NCBI GenBank assembly: GCA_017520825.1
Contig: JAFXEX010000006.1
Location: 4,011 to 68,010 of the forward strand
Direction of reading: 5' to 3'
DNA: 64,000 bases
Origin: Clostridia bacterium
GTDB taxonomy: Bacteria; Bacillota; Clostridia; Oscillospirales; SIG627
Below the pieces are notes generated by a model. It did not search any database, was not told where the DNA came from, and saw only the letters and a program-made list of their open reading frames with translations. Made by a program: the position numbers and the translations under genes. Shown in pieces: positions 57,020-64,000 of this stretch. Position 1 is the stretch's first letter. Each line of letters begins with the position of its first letter.

Positions 57020-57023
57020 TCTT

Positions 57024-58274
57024 TTAATACAGCTTTACCGTATTACCCTTCATATACCTTGTCATCAGTGCCGACACCTCTGCCCTTGTGGCTTGTTTTT
57101 TGGGCGAAAGGCGCTTGTAGTTGTCGCCACCCATATAGCCCTTGTCAACGCAATAGGTAACGGCTTCCTTCGCCCAGTCAGAAACGCTTTCAAAGTCCGA
57201 AAACTCCACCTCTTTATCAACGGGGGAAGCCTTTGCGAAACGGAAAAGCATTACGGCCATTTCCTCTCGCGTTATGGGCTTATCGGGGGCGAAAAGAAGG
57301 TCACCAACACCGTTTACTATTCCTGCTCCACTTGCCCATCTGACGTATTTTCCGTACCACGAATTATAGTCCACGTCGGTGAACTCCATTTCGTTTTCAT
57401 ACTTACCAAGAGCGCCCAGCTTTCTTTCGTACACTCTGCCAAGCACGGTGACGAACATGGCTCTGGTCATAGAGGTATCGGGCTCAAAGCCCATTCCCAT
57501 TCCGTTGAAAAGAGAGGCCTGCATAACGTATGAAATATCGTCTCTGCCCCAATGGTCCCTGGTATCGTCGAAAACGGTAATGCGCTTAGCTACCTTTTCC
57601 TCACCAAGCTTCACCATATTTTTATAGGGGTGCTGACTTCCGTAGGCGTTGAATTTATGACCACCCATCTTGGTATTTACACCCGTAATTTCCTCGTGCA
57701 AATCGTCAATTTCAATGGACAAGCCTATTTCGTCCCCTGCCTTTTTGCCGAAGGACAGAGGAACGGCAAACTCTACGGTGTAGCCGTCAGAATTTATCGA
57801 GGTAGCGCAAGCGTGCTCGCCCTCGCACATAGCCTTGTAGTTAGTGGTGGCAATGCCCATTGCGTCTCATTGAAAAATATACTGATTTGCCTGTACGGCA
57901 TCGCCAAGCTCAGGATAATAGACACGAAGCTCAACTGCATCGTTTTCCCAGGAAAGCTCCTTGATGTTCTTTATTATCCACCTCTCGCCCCTTGAAAACA
58001 CGGCGTCGTCGGTAACGGTGATGCAGGCGTAAAGGTGACTGTCGTCGTAAAGAAAATACGCTACGGCGCTGTCACCGATTGAGCCGTCGGCAGTTCCACC
58101 CTTCGAGGTATAAAAGGTGTTTTCCTGTCCGTTCAGCTCTATTCTGTAGCTTTCCTGATAGGTGGTGTCAAGAATTCCGTCCACTATGGGAGTGGCAATT
58201 TTTATGCTATCAAAAGCCAGACACGTCACGGAAAGCGCCATCAAAAGCACTATTGATATAATTATTTTTTTCAT
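57024..58274 (-). pseudogene. secreted CBM9/DOMON-like plus 3x SLH cell-wall protein interrupted by one in-frame TGA
   Basis: ORFs 57867-58274 (signal peptide plus the first half of a carbohydrate-binding-like domain) and 57024-57860 (second half plus three SLH repeats) are in the same frame. Only TGA-GAC-GCA separates them before the ATG. Confidence 0.7.
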
Positions 58275-58290
58275 TTGATATTCCTCGTTT

Positions 58291-59316
58291 TTATTTCAGA
58301 TACACCGGTTTATGCTCTCGTCCACTTTCGTAGATAGCAAAGACTACCTTTTGGGTTTCATAGGCGCTTTCAAGGGTTATATACATAGGCTCGCCCGTTT
58401 TTATATGGTGATAATAATCGGCAATCTGCTTCTTATGGCATATACCCCAATAGCTCTTAACCTTGCCGTAGTCAACCACTTCCTCATCATCGTGGGAGAC
58501 GAGAACGGTCCCGTCGTTAAGCTTAATCGTAGCAGTATCTCCCAGAAGGGTAGCAACGCCCTTTTCACAGTCAAACTCAACCGATATGGTGGAGTCTGTG
58601 GAATAGTAGTTTATAGCGTGGAAGTTGGCAAGCACTCCGTTTTCAAACTCAATAACGCCCTCGGCAGTGTCCTCAACCTCAATGTCAAGTCCACCACGCC
58701 TCGTAACCGTTGCGTCAACTCTTACGGCATCGGAATTCATAAGATAGCGCATAGCGTCAATGGTGTGTATCGCCTGATTGATGATAACTCCACCCCCACC
58801 TTCCTCAAGGCTTGAGCGCCACTCTCCGTTTTCGTAATACGCCTTATCTCTGTGCCATGTCACCGAGCATTTCGCTCCGTATATCCGTCCCAGCCTGCCC
58901 GAATCGAGAGCTTCCTTCAACAGTCTGTTGCCGTGGTTGAAGCGATTTTGGAAAATGCAGGCAAGCTTTACTCCACAGCGCTTTGCCGTCTCCATCATAG
59001 CAACAGCGTCCTCGTCGTTGGTTGCCATAGGCTTTTCGGTAAGCACGTGAAGTCCCTTTTCCATACACCATATTGAAACGGGCGCGTGAAGGTAGTGAGG
59101 CAGACAGACGTGTACGCTGTCAAGTCTCTCCTTTTCCACCATTTCCTTATAATCCGTATAATAAGCGCAACCAAGCTGATTTGCTTTCTTTTGCGCCCTT
59201 TCCTCTATAACGTCGCACACTGCAACAAGCTCTGCATCCTGGCACTGTGTAATGCTTACGCTATGCATAGGAAATATTGCGCCACAGCCTATAATACCAA
59301 CTCTGATTTTCTCCAT
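58291..59316 (-). CDS. Gfo/Idh/MocA-family oxidoreductase
   Basis: MEKIRVGIIGCGAI Rossmann N-terminus and an EKPMA motif. The start was set at the ATG 7 nt after GAGAGG. Confidence 0.85.
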   Translation of the reverse strand: MEKIRVGIIGCGAIFPMHSVSITQCQDAELVAVCDVIEERAQKKANQLGCAYYTDYKEMVEKERLDSVHVCLPHYLHAPVSIWCMEKGLHVLTEKPMATNDEDAVAMMETAKRCGVKLACIFQNRFNHGNRLLKEALDSGRLGRIYGAKCSVTWHRDKAYYENGEWRSSLEEGGGGVIINQAIHTIDAMRYLMNSDAVRVDATVTRRGGLDIEVEDTAEGVIEFENGVLANFHAINYYSTDSTISVEFDCEKGVATLLGDTATIKLNDGTVLVSHDDEEVVDYGKVKSYWGICHKKQIADYYHHIKTGEPMYITLESAYETQKVVFAIYESGREHKPVYLK

Positions 59317-59470
59317 AGGTATACCTCTCAAGTTAACCGATAATTTATAATACCATTATAACAAAAGAGGTAAAAAAGTCAATTGTTTTTAAATTTTTTA
59401 ATATTTTTTCAAAAACCACTACCATTTTTGGTATTTGTATGTTATAATGATATAAAGGAGTGTGATTATA

Positions 59471-60000
59471 TGCAACCAAAGCTTAAGCTGTTGAAAATAC
59501 TTGATATTTTGAGGGAAACCGATGCAACCCATCCCATAACTGCACCCTCTATATGCACGAGACTTGCCGAAATGGGAATTAAGGCAGAGCGTAAATCGGT
59601 TTGCCGTGACATTAATACTCTCATTGAATACGGATGTAACATAGTGCTTTGCCACGATAACAAGCTTGGCTATTATATGATTCAGGAGGAAAACGCCGTC
59701 ACCCACAAGCCTGTCACTCTTGACCTGGTGCGTATAACGGTAGAGTTCAAAAAGGCAGACGGAGACACCGTTCGCGGTATTATGGGACAGGGCGAGGAGA
59801 CCGAGGAGGGCGACTATATCGTTGCCGAGTATTCCGTGCCCTCGTCAAGCCTTTTTGAAAATCTTTTCACCCTGGGTACCGTAATGAAGCTTACTGCCCC
59901 CACTGAGCTGAAGGAGGAGTTTGAGAAAAAGCTTTCGGAGGTTGCCGATTATTACAAACGACGCAGAGACACCAGAAACATAGATTTCTGGTTATTGTAA
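59471..60000 (+). CDS. winged-helix (DeoR/WYL-regulator-type N-domain) transcriptional regulator, short form
   Basis: The ATG follows AAAGGAG. KLLKILDILRETDATHPITAPSICTRLAEMGIKAERKSVCRDINTLIEYG resembles the wHTH of WYL-type regulators, but I recognise no WYL domain. Confidence 0.5.
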
Positions 60001-60011
60001 GGAAAATAGAC

Positions 60012-60044
60012 AAAAGGCAAGAGGATTTTCCTCTTGCCTTTTTT
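60012..60044 (+). terminator. intrinsic terminator
   Basis: AAAAGGCAAGAGG-ATTTT-CCTCTTGCCTTTTTT. Confidence 0.85.
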
Positions 60045-60046
60045 AA

Positions 60047-60160
60047 TGCACAGTGCACAATTCACAATGCACAGTTAAGGATAATTTCGCTATGCGAAAT
60101 TTACAATCATTGAAGATTTGCAGAGCAAATCAACTTTAACTCCCGAAGGGAATATAACTG
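60047..60160. repeat. heptad / hairpin element D (inverted copy of the right part of element B)
   Basis: TGCACAG TGCACAA TTCACAA TGCACAG, then the long-range stem AGTTAAGG..CTTTAACT enclosing AATTTCGC-TAT-GCGAAATT, CAAT-C-ATTG and GATTTGC-AGA-GCAAATC. These are followed by TCCC-GAA-GGGA and AATATAAC. Confidence 0.85.
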
Positions 60161-60321
60161 TAAAAATCTGCTGTTTTGTAAACGAAAACATAACGTAAGA
60201 AAACCTCAACATACATTTTAACCCTTTACTTTTCACTGTATTTTGTGCATTTTAACTATTACATAAAATTTCGATTTATGGTAAAATATAGACGTAGATG
60301 TAAATATACGGAGGGAGTATT

Positions 60322-60822
60322 ATGTGGAAGCTGGGAGACGTTGTGGTTTACGGTTCGGCAGGCATTTGTCATATAGCCGATATCCGAGACGAAAGATTTG
60401 GCGATGAAATAAAGAAGTATTTTGTCCTCAAGCCTCTGTTTGACGACAAGAACACCTTTTTCGTTCCTGCCTTCAACGAAGCTCTTATGGCGAAAATTCG
60501 CCCTGCTCTCACTAAGGAAGAGGCTATGGCGCTGGTACGCAGTATGCCCGAAATCGAGCCCGAATGGATTGACAACGACAAATTCCGTCAGGAGCGCTAC
60601 AGAGCAATTCTGGAAAGCGGTAAGCCCGAAACCATCGTAGGTATGCTCAAGGCTCTCTACTCCCGAAGATTACAGCTTTCGGAAAAGGGCAAAAAGCTTC
60701 GTAGCTCCGATGAAATCTTTATGAAGTCGGGTGAGCGAATTATCGAGACTGAATGCGCTCATATCTTCGGCATCACTCGTTGGGAGGTTCAGGACTTTAT
60801 AGAGAAAGAGTTATCAATTTAG
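60322..60822 (+). CDS. CarD/CdnL-family transcriptional regulator
   Basis: MWKLGDVVVYGSAGICHIADI...KKYFVLKPL is the N-terminal CarD_TRCF-RID domain. Confidence 0.8.
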   Translation: MWKLGDVVVYGSAGICHIADIRDERFGDEIKKYFVLKPLFDDKNTFFVPAFNEALMAKIRPALTKEEAMALVRSMPEIEPEWIDNDKFRQERYRAILESGKPETIVGMLKALYSRRLQLSEKGKKLRSSDEIFMKSGERIIETECAHIFGITRWEVQDFIEKELSI

Positions 60823-60961
60823 GAGGGTACACCACTCTCCTTTTTGCTTTTCGTCGGTTTATCCATAAAAAAATATAAATTATATATTGACTTTACGGCG
60901 AGTTTAGTATACTATTAAGGGTGTAAATATTTAATTTTCGATAACAACACGGAGGAAAACT

Positions 60962-61666
60962 ATGAGAGTTTTAGCTATAACTGCACATCCCGACGATATG
61001 GAATTTATGTGCGCAGGCACACTTTTGAAGTGTAAGCAGAGAGGTGACGAGGTTTTCGTTTGCACCGTTAACAACGGTAATATGGGACACCTTGAAATTA
61101 TGCCCGACGAGCTTGCAGAAATCAGACGCGCAGAGGCTCAGAGAGCTTGCGACCTTGCAGGCTTTACATATCTTTACTGCGACATCGGAGACCTTTGCTC
61201 ATACTATCAGAGCAAGGAACAGAAGGATATTCTCGTTGACATCATCCGTCAGGCTAATCCCGACCTTATGATAATCCCCGATCCCGACGACTATATGTGT
61301 GACCACGTTGCAGCATCAAAGCTTGCTTTTGACGCAGCCTTTAGCGCAACAGTACCTCACTACGTTACAAAGTATCCTGCTATCGACAACATTACTCCCA
61401 TTTACTATATGTCAACTGCTGCAGGCGTTAACTTCCATCCCACAGAATACGTTGACATCACCGACGTATACGAAAAGAAGCTTGAAATGCTTCACTGCCA
61501 CGAATCTCAGGAGGTGTGGCTGAGAGACCACGACCACGTTGACTACACAAGAGAGTGCCGTGTTCTTGCAGAATTTTACGGACTTCACTGCAAGGCAACA
61601 TACGCAGAGGCCTTCCGTCCGTGTCTCGTTTCACACCGTCTGCGTTCCTACAGAGTTCTCCCCTAA
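60962..61666 (+). CDS. PIG-L/LmbE-family deacetylase
   Basis: MRVLAITAHPDDMEFMCAGTL, plus HxxH-type metal ligands later (CHESQ). Confidence 0.8.
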   Translation: MRVLAITAHPDDMEFMCAGTLLKCKQRGDEVFVCTVNNGNMGHLEIMPDELAEIRRAEAQRACDLAGFTYLYCDIGDLCSYYQSKEQKDILVDIIRQANPDLMIIPDPDDYMCDHVAASKLAFDAAFSATVPHYVTKYPAIDNITPIYYMSTAAGVNFHPTEYVDITDVYEKKLEMLHCHESQEVWLRDHDHVDYTRECRVLAEFYGLHCKATYAEAFRPCLVSHRLRSYRVLP

Positions 61667-61687
61667 ATAAACATATGAGGTGATAAT

Positions 61688-61918
61688 ATGAAGCAAGTTA
61701 ACATTAAGTTCAACACCATCGTTCAGATTCAGAACTTCGTAAACGACATGAGCCGTTTTCTTTCAGACGTTGACCTTACAAGTGGAAAATACGTTGTAAA
61801 CGCAAAGTCGGTTATAGGCGTGTTCAGTCTTGACCTTGCTCACCCCATCGGACTTACTGCCGAGGGCGTTGACGAGGACAAGGTAATTGAGGCTGTTAAG
61901 GACCTTATCGTCGAATAA
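61688..61918 (+). CDS. HPr-fold protein lacking the His15 phosphorylation site
   Basis: 76 aa. VNAKSVIGVFSLDL aligns with the HPr region KSIMGVMSLGV, but the His15 region is replaced by TIVQIQNF. Confidence 0.55.
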   Translation: MKQVNIKFNTIVQIQNFVNDMSRFLSDVDLTSGKYVVNAKSVIGVFSLDLAHPIGLTAEGVDEDKVIEAVKDLIVE

Positions 61919-61935
61919 AAATCAATAACTAAAAA

Positions 61936-61976
61936 AAGGGGCTGTAAAAACTCGAACAGAGTTTTTACAGCCCCTG
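61936..61976 (-). terminator. strong hairpin acting as an intrinsic terminator for minus-strand transcription
   Basis: 17-bp stem AGGGGCTGTAAAAACTC/GAGTTTTTACAGCCCCT. The T-run is present only in the minus orientation (A7 on the plus strand at 61929-61935). Confidence 0.7.
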
Positions 61977-62026
61977 ACTCATAGGAGATAGGAAAAAATG
62001 CTTCAGAATGGACACTGTAGATTGTT

Positions 62027-62379
62027 ATGAATTGATGCTGATGCATCATGAATTGGCTCTAGCCATGAATTCTCGCTTCGCTCCATGAATTGAAATTCTG
62101 CGAATTTCATTAAGGTAAAAAATGCAAAGCATTTTTATTACATAGGAAAATTGCATTAGCAATTTGCTTGTAACAAACAAAGTTTACCTATAAAATCGTG
62201 AGCGTAAGCGAACATCAGTTGCCGAAGTCGACTTTTTATTTAATTTTACAAAGCCCAAAGGCTTTGTTTCCGAAACGCACCGTAAGGTGCAATTCATGAG
62301 CCAAAGGCTCAATTCATGAAAGCCTTGCTTTCAATTCATGCCAACGGCAATTCATGGCGAAGCTCTGCTTCGCTTTTTT
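62027..62379. repeat. word-hairpin element E with complementary arms
   Basis: Left arm: (C)ATGAATT x4 at 62027, 62047, 62064 and 62084. Right arm: AATTCATG x4 at 62291, 62311, 62333 and 62349. Mini-hairpins sit between the words, and about 180 nt of further mini-hairpins sit between the arms. It ends in the plus-strand terminator GCGAAGC-TCT-GCTTCGC-TTTTTT (62357-62379). Confidence 0.85.
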
Positions 62380-62419
62380 GTATTTTTGACGGTCTGGACT
62401 TTTTTTACGTCTCCTTTTT

Positions 62420-62767
62420 CTATCCCTCAAGTCCGAGGCTGACCGAAATGGCGCTGTTCACCTTTTCCATGGTCTCGTCCTCAAGATGCCCCATTTTTTC
62501 CTTCAATCGTTTCTTGTCGATTGTACGTACCTGTTCAAGAAGAATAACCGAATTCTTTGCAAGCCCGAAACGGTCAGCCATAACCTCGATATGTGTGGGA
62601 AGCTTGGTTTTGTCAACTCGGCTGGTTATTGCGGCGGCTATTACCGTAGGCGAATGCTTATTGCCCACGTCGTTCTGAACTATTACCACAGGTCTTATAC
62701 CACCCTGCTCCGAGCCTACCACGGGACTTAAATCGGCGTAAAATATATCTCCTCTTTTGACTGTCAT
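62420..62767 (-). CDS. mazF: MazF/EndoA (PemK-family) endoribonuclease toxin
   Basis: 115 aa; [47 protein letters not shown] is near-identical in pattern to Bacillus EndoA. Confidence 0.95.
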   Translation of the reverse strand: MTVKRGDIFYADLSPVVGSEQGGIRPVVIVQNDVGNKHSPTVIAAAITSRVDKTKLPTHIEVMADRFGLAKNSVILLEQVRTIDKKRLKEKMGHLEDETMEKVNSAISVSLGLEG

Positions 62768-63008
62768 GGTTTTTTCTCCTTTCTTTCGTTCATTTCTATT
62801 TTTTTCAAAGAACGGAGCTTTTATTCAAGAGAGGAGAATTTATATTGCCTTCCCCAGCGTATGCATTTATATAAAAAAGGGAAAAATATATTGGGTTCAT
62901 TTTCAACGCTCAATTTACCGAAATATTTTTCGTTTTGAGCCGTAAACCCCAATATATTTCCGAAATTTTTACGGAAAAAGCTTTTTTAAGAGAAAATTCG
63001 ACCGATAC

Positions 63009-63037
63009 TTGACATTTTATGCCATTTGTAGTATCAT
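63009..63037 (+). promoter_or_regulatory. promoter of the dipeptidase gene
   Basis: TTGACA-17 nt-TATCAT. Confidence 0.6.
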
Positions 63038-63066
63038 ATACAAATAATACCCGAAAGGATAACGAA

Positions 63067-64000
63067 GTGAAAGAATATTCATCAGCAATACACGACTATA
63101 TACAGAGTAACAGACAGAATATAGTTTCAATGCTCTCCCACCTTGTAAGAATTCCCTCGGTTTACGAGGAGGGCAAGGAGGGTGCCATATTCGGTGAGGC
63201 TTGCCGTGACGCCGTTTTGCACGCAGAAGCGTTGTACAAGGAGGTTGGACTTGACACCTTTACCAATAAGGACTGTGCCTACACCCTTGGAAGAACGCAG
63301 GGCGATGACAAGGTAATCGGAATTTTCACTCACGCCGACGTAGTCAGCGCCGTTGAAGAGGATTGGATATTGACCAAGCCCTTTGAGCCTATCGAAAAGG
63401 ACGGCTTCCTTGTGGGAAGAGGCGCTGAAGATAATAAATCGGGTATCGTTTCGGCAATATGGGCAGTCAAGGCCATGAAGCACGCAGGCGTTATGCCCAA
63501 AAGCACTCTGCTTATCTATTCGGGTGGCAACGAAGAGGGTGGAATGTGTGATTTGGAATATTTCGAAAAGGAACAGACCTTACCCGACGTTGCAATAGTT
63601 CCTGATAACGAATACCCCGTATGCCGAGGGGAAAAGGGAATACTTCGCTTCTGGGCGAGCTTCAGAACGCCCTTTGAAACCGTCATTTCAATAAACGGTG
63701 GGCAGGCGCTCAATATAGTGCTTGGAAGCGTAAGATGTGAAATGAAATACAGTGAAGCGCTTCTTAAGGAGCTTCACAAGGCCTGCGACGGAAAAAGTGA
63801 ATACACCCTGACGGCAGGTGACACCATAGTTCTCACTGCCAAGGGAAAAAGCACTCACGCAGCCTATTCGGAAGGCTCGGTAAACGCCCTTTGGGTGATG
63901 ATACAGGCGCTGAAGACCTGTAAAAGTCTAGGCAATGATTTGGCAATTCTCAAAAATGCAGAAATGCTTGTAGCCGACCCCTTCTCTGAAACGGTTGGGC
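63067..64000 (+). CDS. M20-family dipeptidase (PepV/Sapep-like), N-terminal part, runs off the window
   Basis: Not in the ORF track because the frame stays open to the window end. GTG start after AAAGGA. My own translation reads VKEYSSAIHDYIQSNRQNIVSMLSHLVRIPSV...FTHADVV...GRGAEDNKSG..., which carries M20 motifs. Confidence 0.7.
   Translation, partial: MKEYSSAIHDYIQSNRQNIVSMLSHLVRIPSVYEEGKEGAIFGEACRDAVLHAEALYKEVGLDTFTNKDCAYTLGRTQGDDKVIGIFTHADVVSAVEEDWILTKPFEPIEKDGFLVGRGAEDNKSGIVSAIWAVKAMKHAGVMPKSTLLIYSGGNEEGGMCDLEYFEKEQTLPDVAIVPDNEYPVCRGEKGILRFWASFRTPFETVISINGGQALNIVLGSVRCEMKYSEALLKELHKACDGKSEYTLTAGDTIVLTAKGKSTHAAYSEGSVNALWVMIQALKTCKSLGNDLAILKNAEMLVADPFSETVG

Noticed and set aside
55404-57023. 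Integron-like gene cassette (attC) or IS/MITE explanation for the repeats around phd-doc
   Set aside because: The window has no intI, transposase or recombinase. I could not recognise the attC R''/R' core sites, and the 244-bp unit has no terminal inverted repeats or target-site duplication. I kept it as an open repeat finding instead.
57867-57869. Selenocysteine or genetic-code reassignment at the in-frame TGA
   Set aside because: I saw no SECIS-like hairpin immediately downstream, and a Sec residue has no catalytic context in a wall-binding protein. TGA clearly terminates other genes here (alr, the lysR-like gene).
62316-62678. 120-aa plus-strand ORF overlapping mazF as a possible antitoxin
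   Set aside because: It is fully antisense to mazF and to the terminator region. It has hydrophobic low-complexity sequence, no RBS and no RHH/AbrB/MazE-like motif.
62790-62900. About 31-codon minus-strand ORFs upstream of mazF ([31 protein letters not shown] and a TTG-initiated overlap) as a mini-antitoxin
   Set aside because: They have no Shine-Dalgarno sequence and end about 50 nt before mazF. Their sequence is unlike any antitoxin DNA-binding fold.
63127-63713. Minus-strand ORFs 63127-63483 and 63516-63713
   Set aside because: They are shadows of the open plus-strand M20 dipeptidase frame, which carries clear motifs and runs to the window end.

Overview
Chromosomal segment of a Gram-positive, probably Clostridia-like bacterium. 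This placement is inferred from an SLH-domain wall protein, split secD/secF, an EndoA-type MazF, consensus sigma-A promoters and GGAGG ribosome-binding sites.

Left to right:
(1) 1-3.4 kb: an AT-rich islet with two ankyrin-like genes, a DUF1835-like gene and tRNA-Ser(UGA). All three protein genes sit behind the same conserved promoter/operator box.
(2) A divergent MATE efflux / LysR pair.
(3) 6.1-26.7 kb: an all-minus-strand Wzx/Wzy-type polysaccharide locus. It holds nucleotide-sugar genes (rfbB, ugd, a UDP-GlcA epimerase-like gene, a sugar-1-kinase plus nucleotidyltransferase pair, a UDP-HexNAc dehydrogenase). It also holds six glycosyltransferases, a flippase, a polymerase, a YdjC-type deacetylase, an AsnB-like protein and an initiating phosphoglycosyl transferase.
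(4) An 871-aa cytoplasmic protein of unknown function.
(5) 29.8-37.0 kb: a tightly coupled five-gene operon. It mixes importer-type sugar ABC permeases and a giant binding lipoprotein with a HlyD-like adaptor and a MacB-periplasmic-domain-like protein. It has no ATPase and is preceded by a promoter-to-terminator candidate structured RNA.
(6) A housekeeping block: mrp, ppiB, acp plus acyl ligase, trmL, S2P protease, secDF, alr, asnB, secA, gpsA.
(7) 55.4-62.8 kb: phd-doc, an SLH/CBM9-like gene broken by one in-frame TGA, regulators, and a mazF with no protein antitoxin.

The most unusual signal is non-coding. A family of terminator-linked elements, built from TGCAnnn heptads and arrays of mini-hairpins separated by constant 7-8 nt words, occurs at 47.1, 55.4, 56.7, 60.0 and 62.0 kb. 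Two 244-bp direct repeats flank phd-doc. A 17-nt motif recurs at the 3' ends of minus-strand genes.

I saw no transposase, integrase, phage gene, rRNA or CRISPR array. Coordinates I derived by hand (promoters, hairpins, repeats, revised starts) may be off by 1-2 nt.
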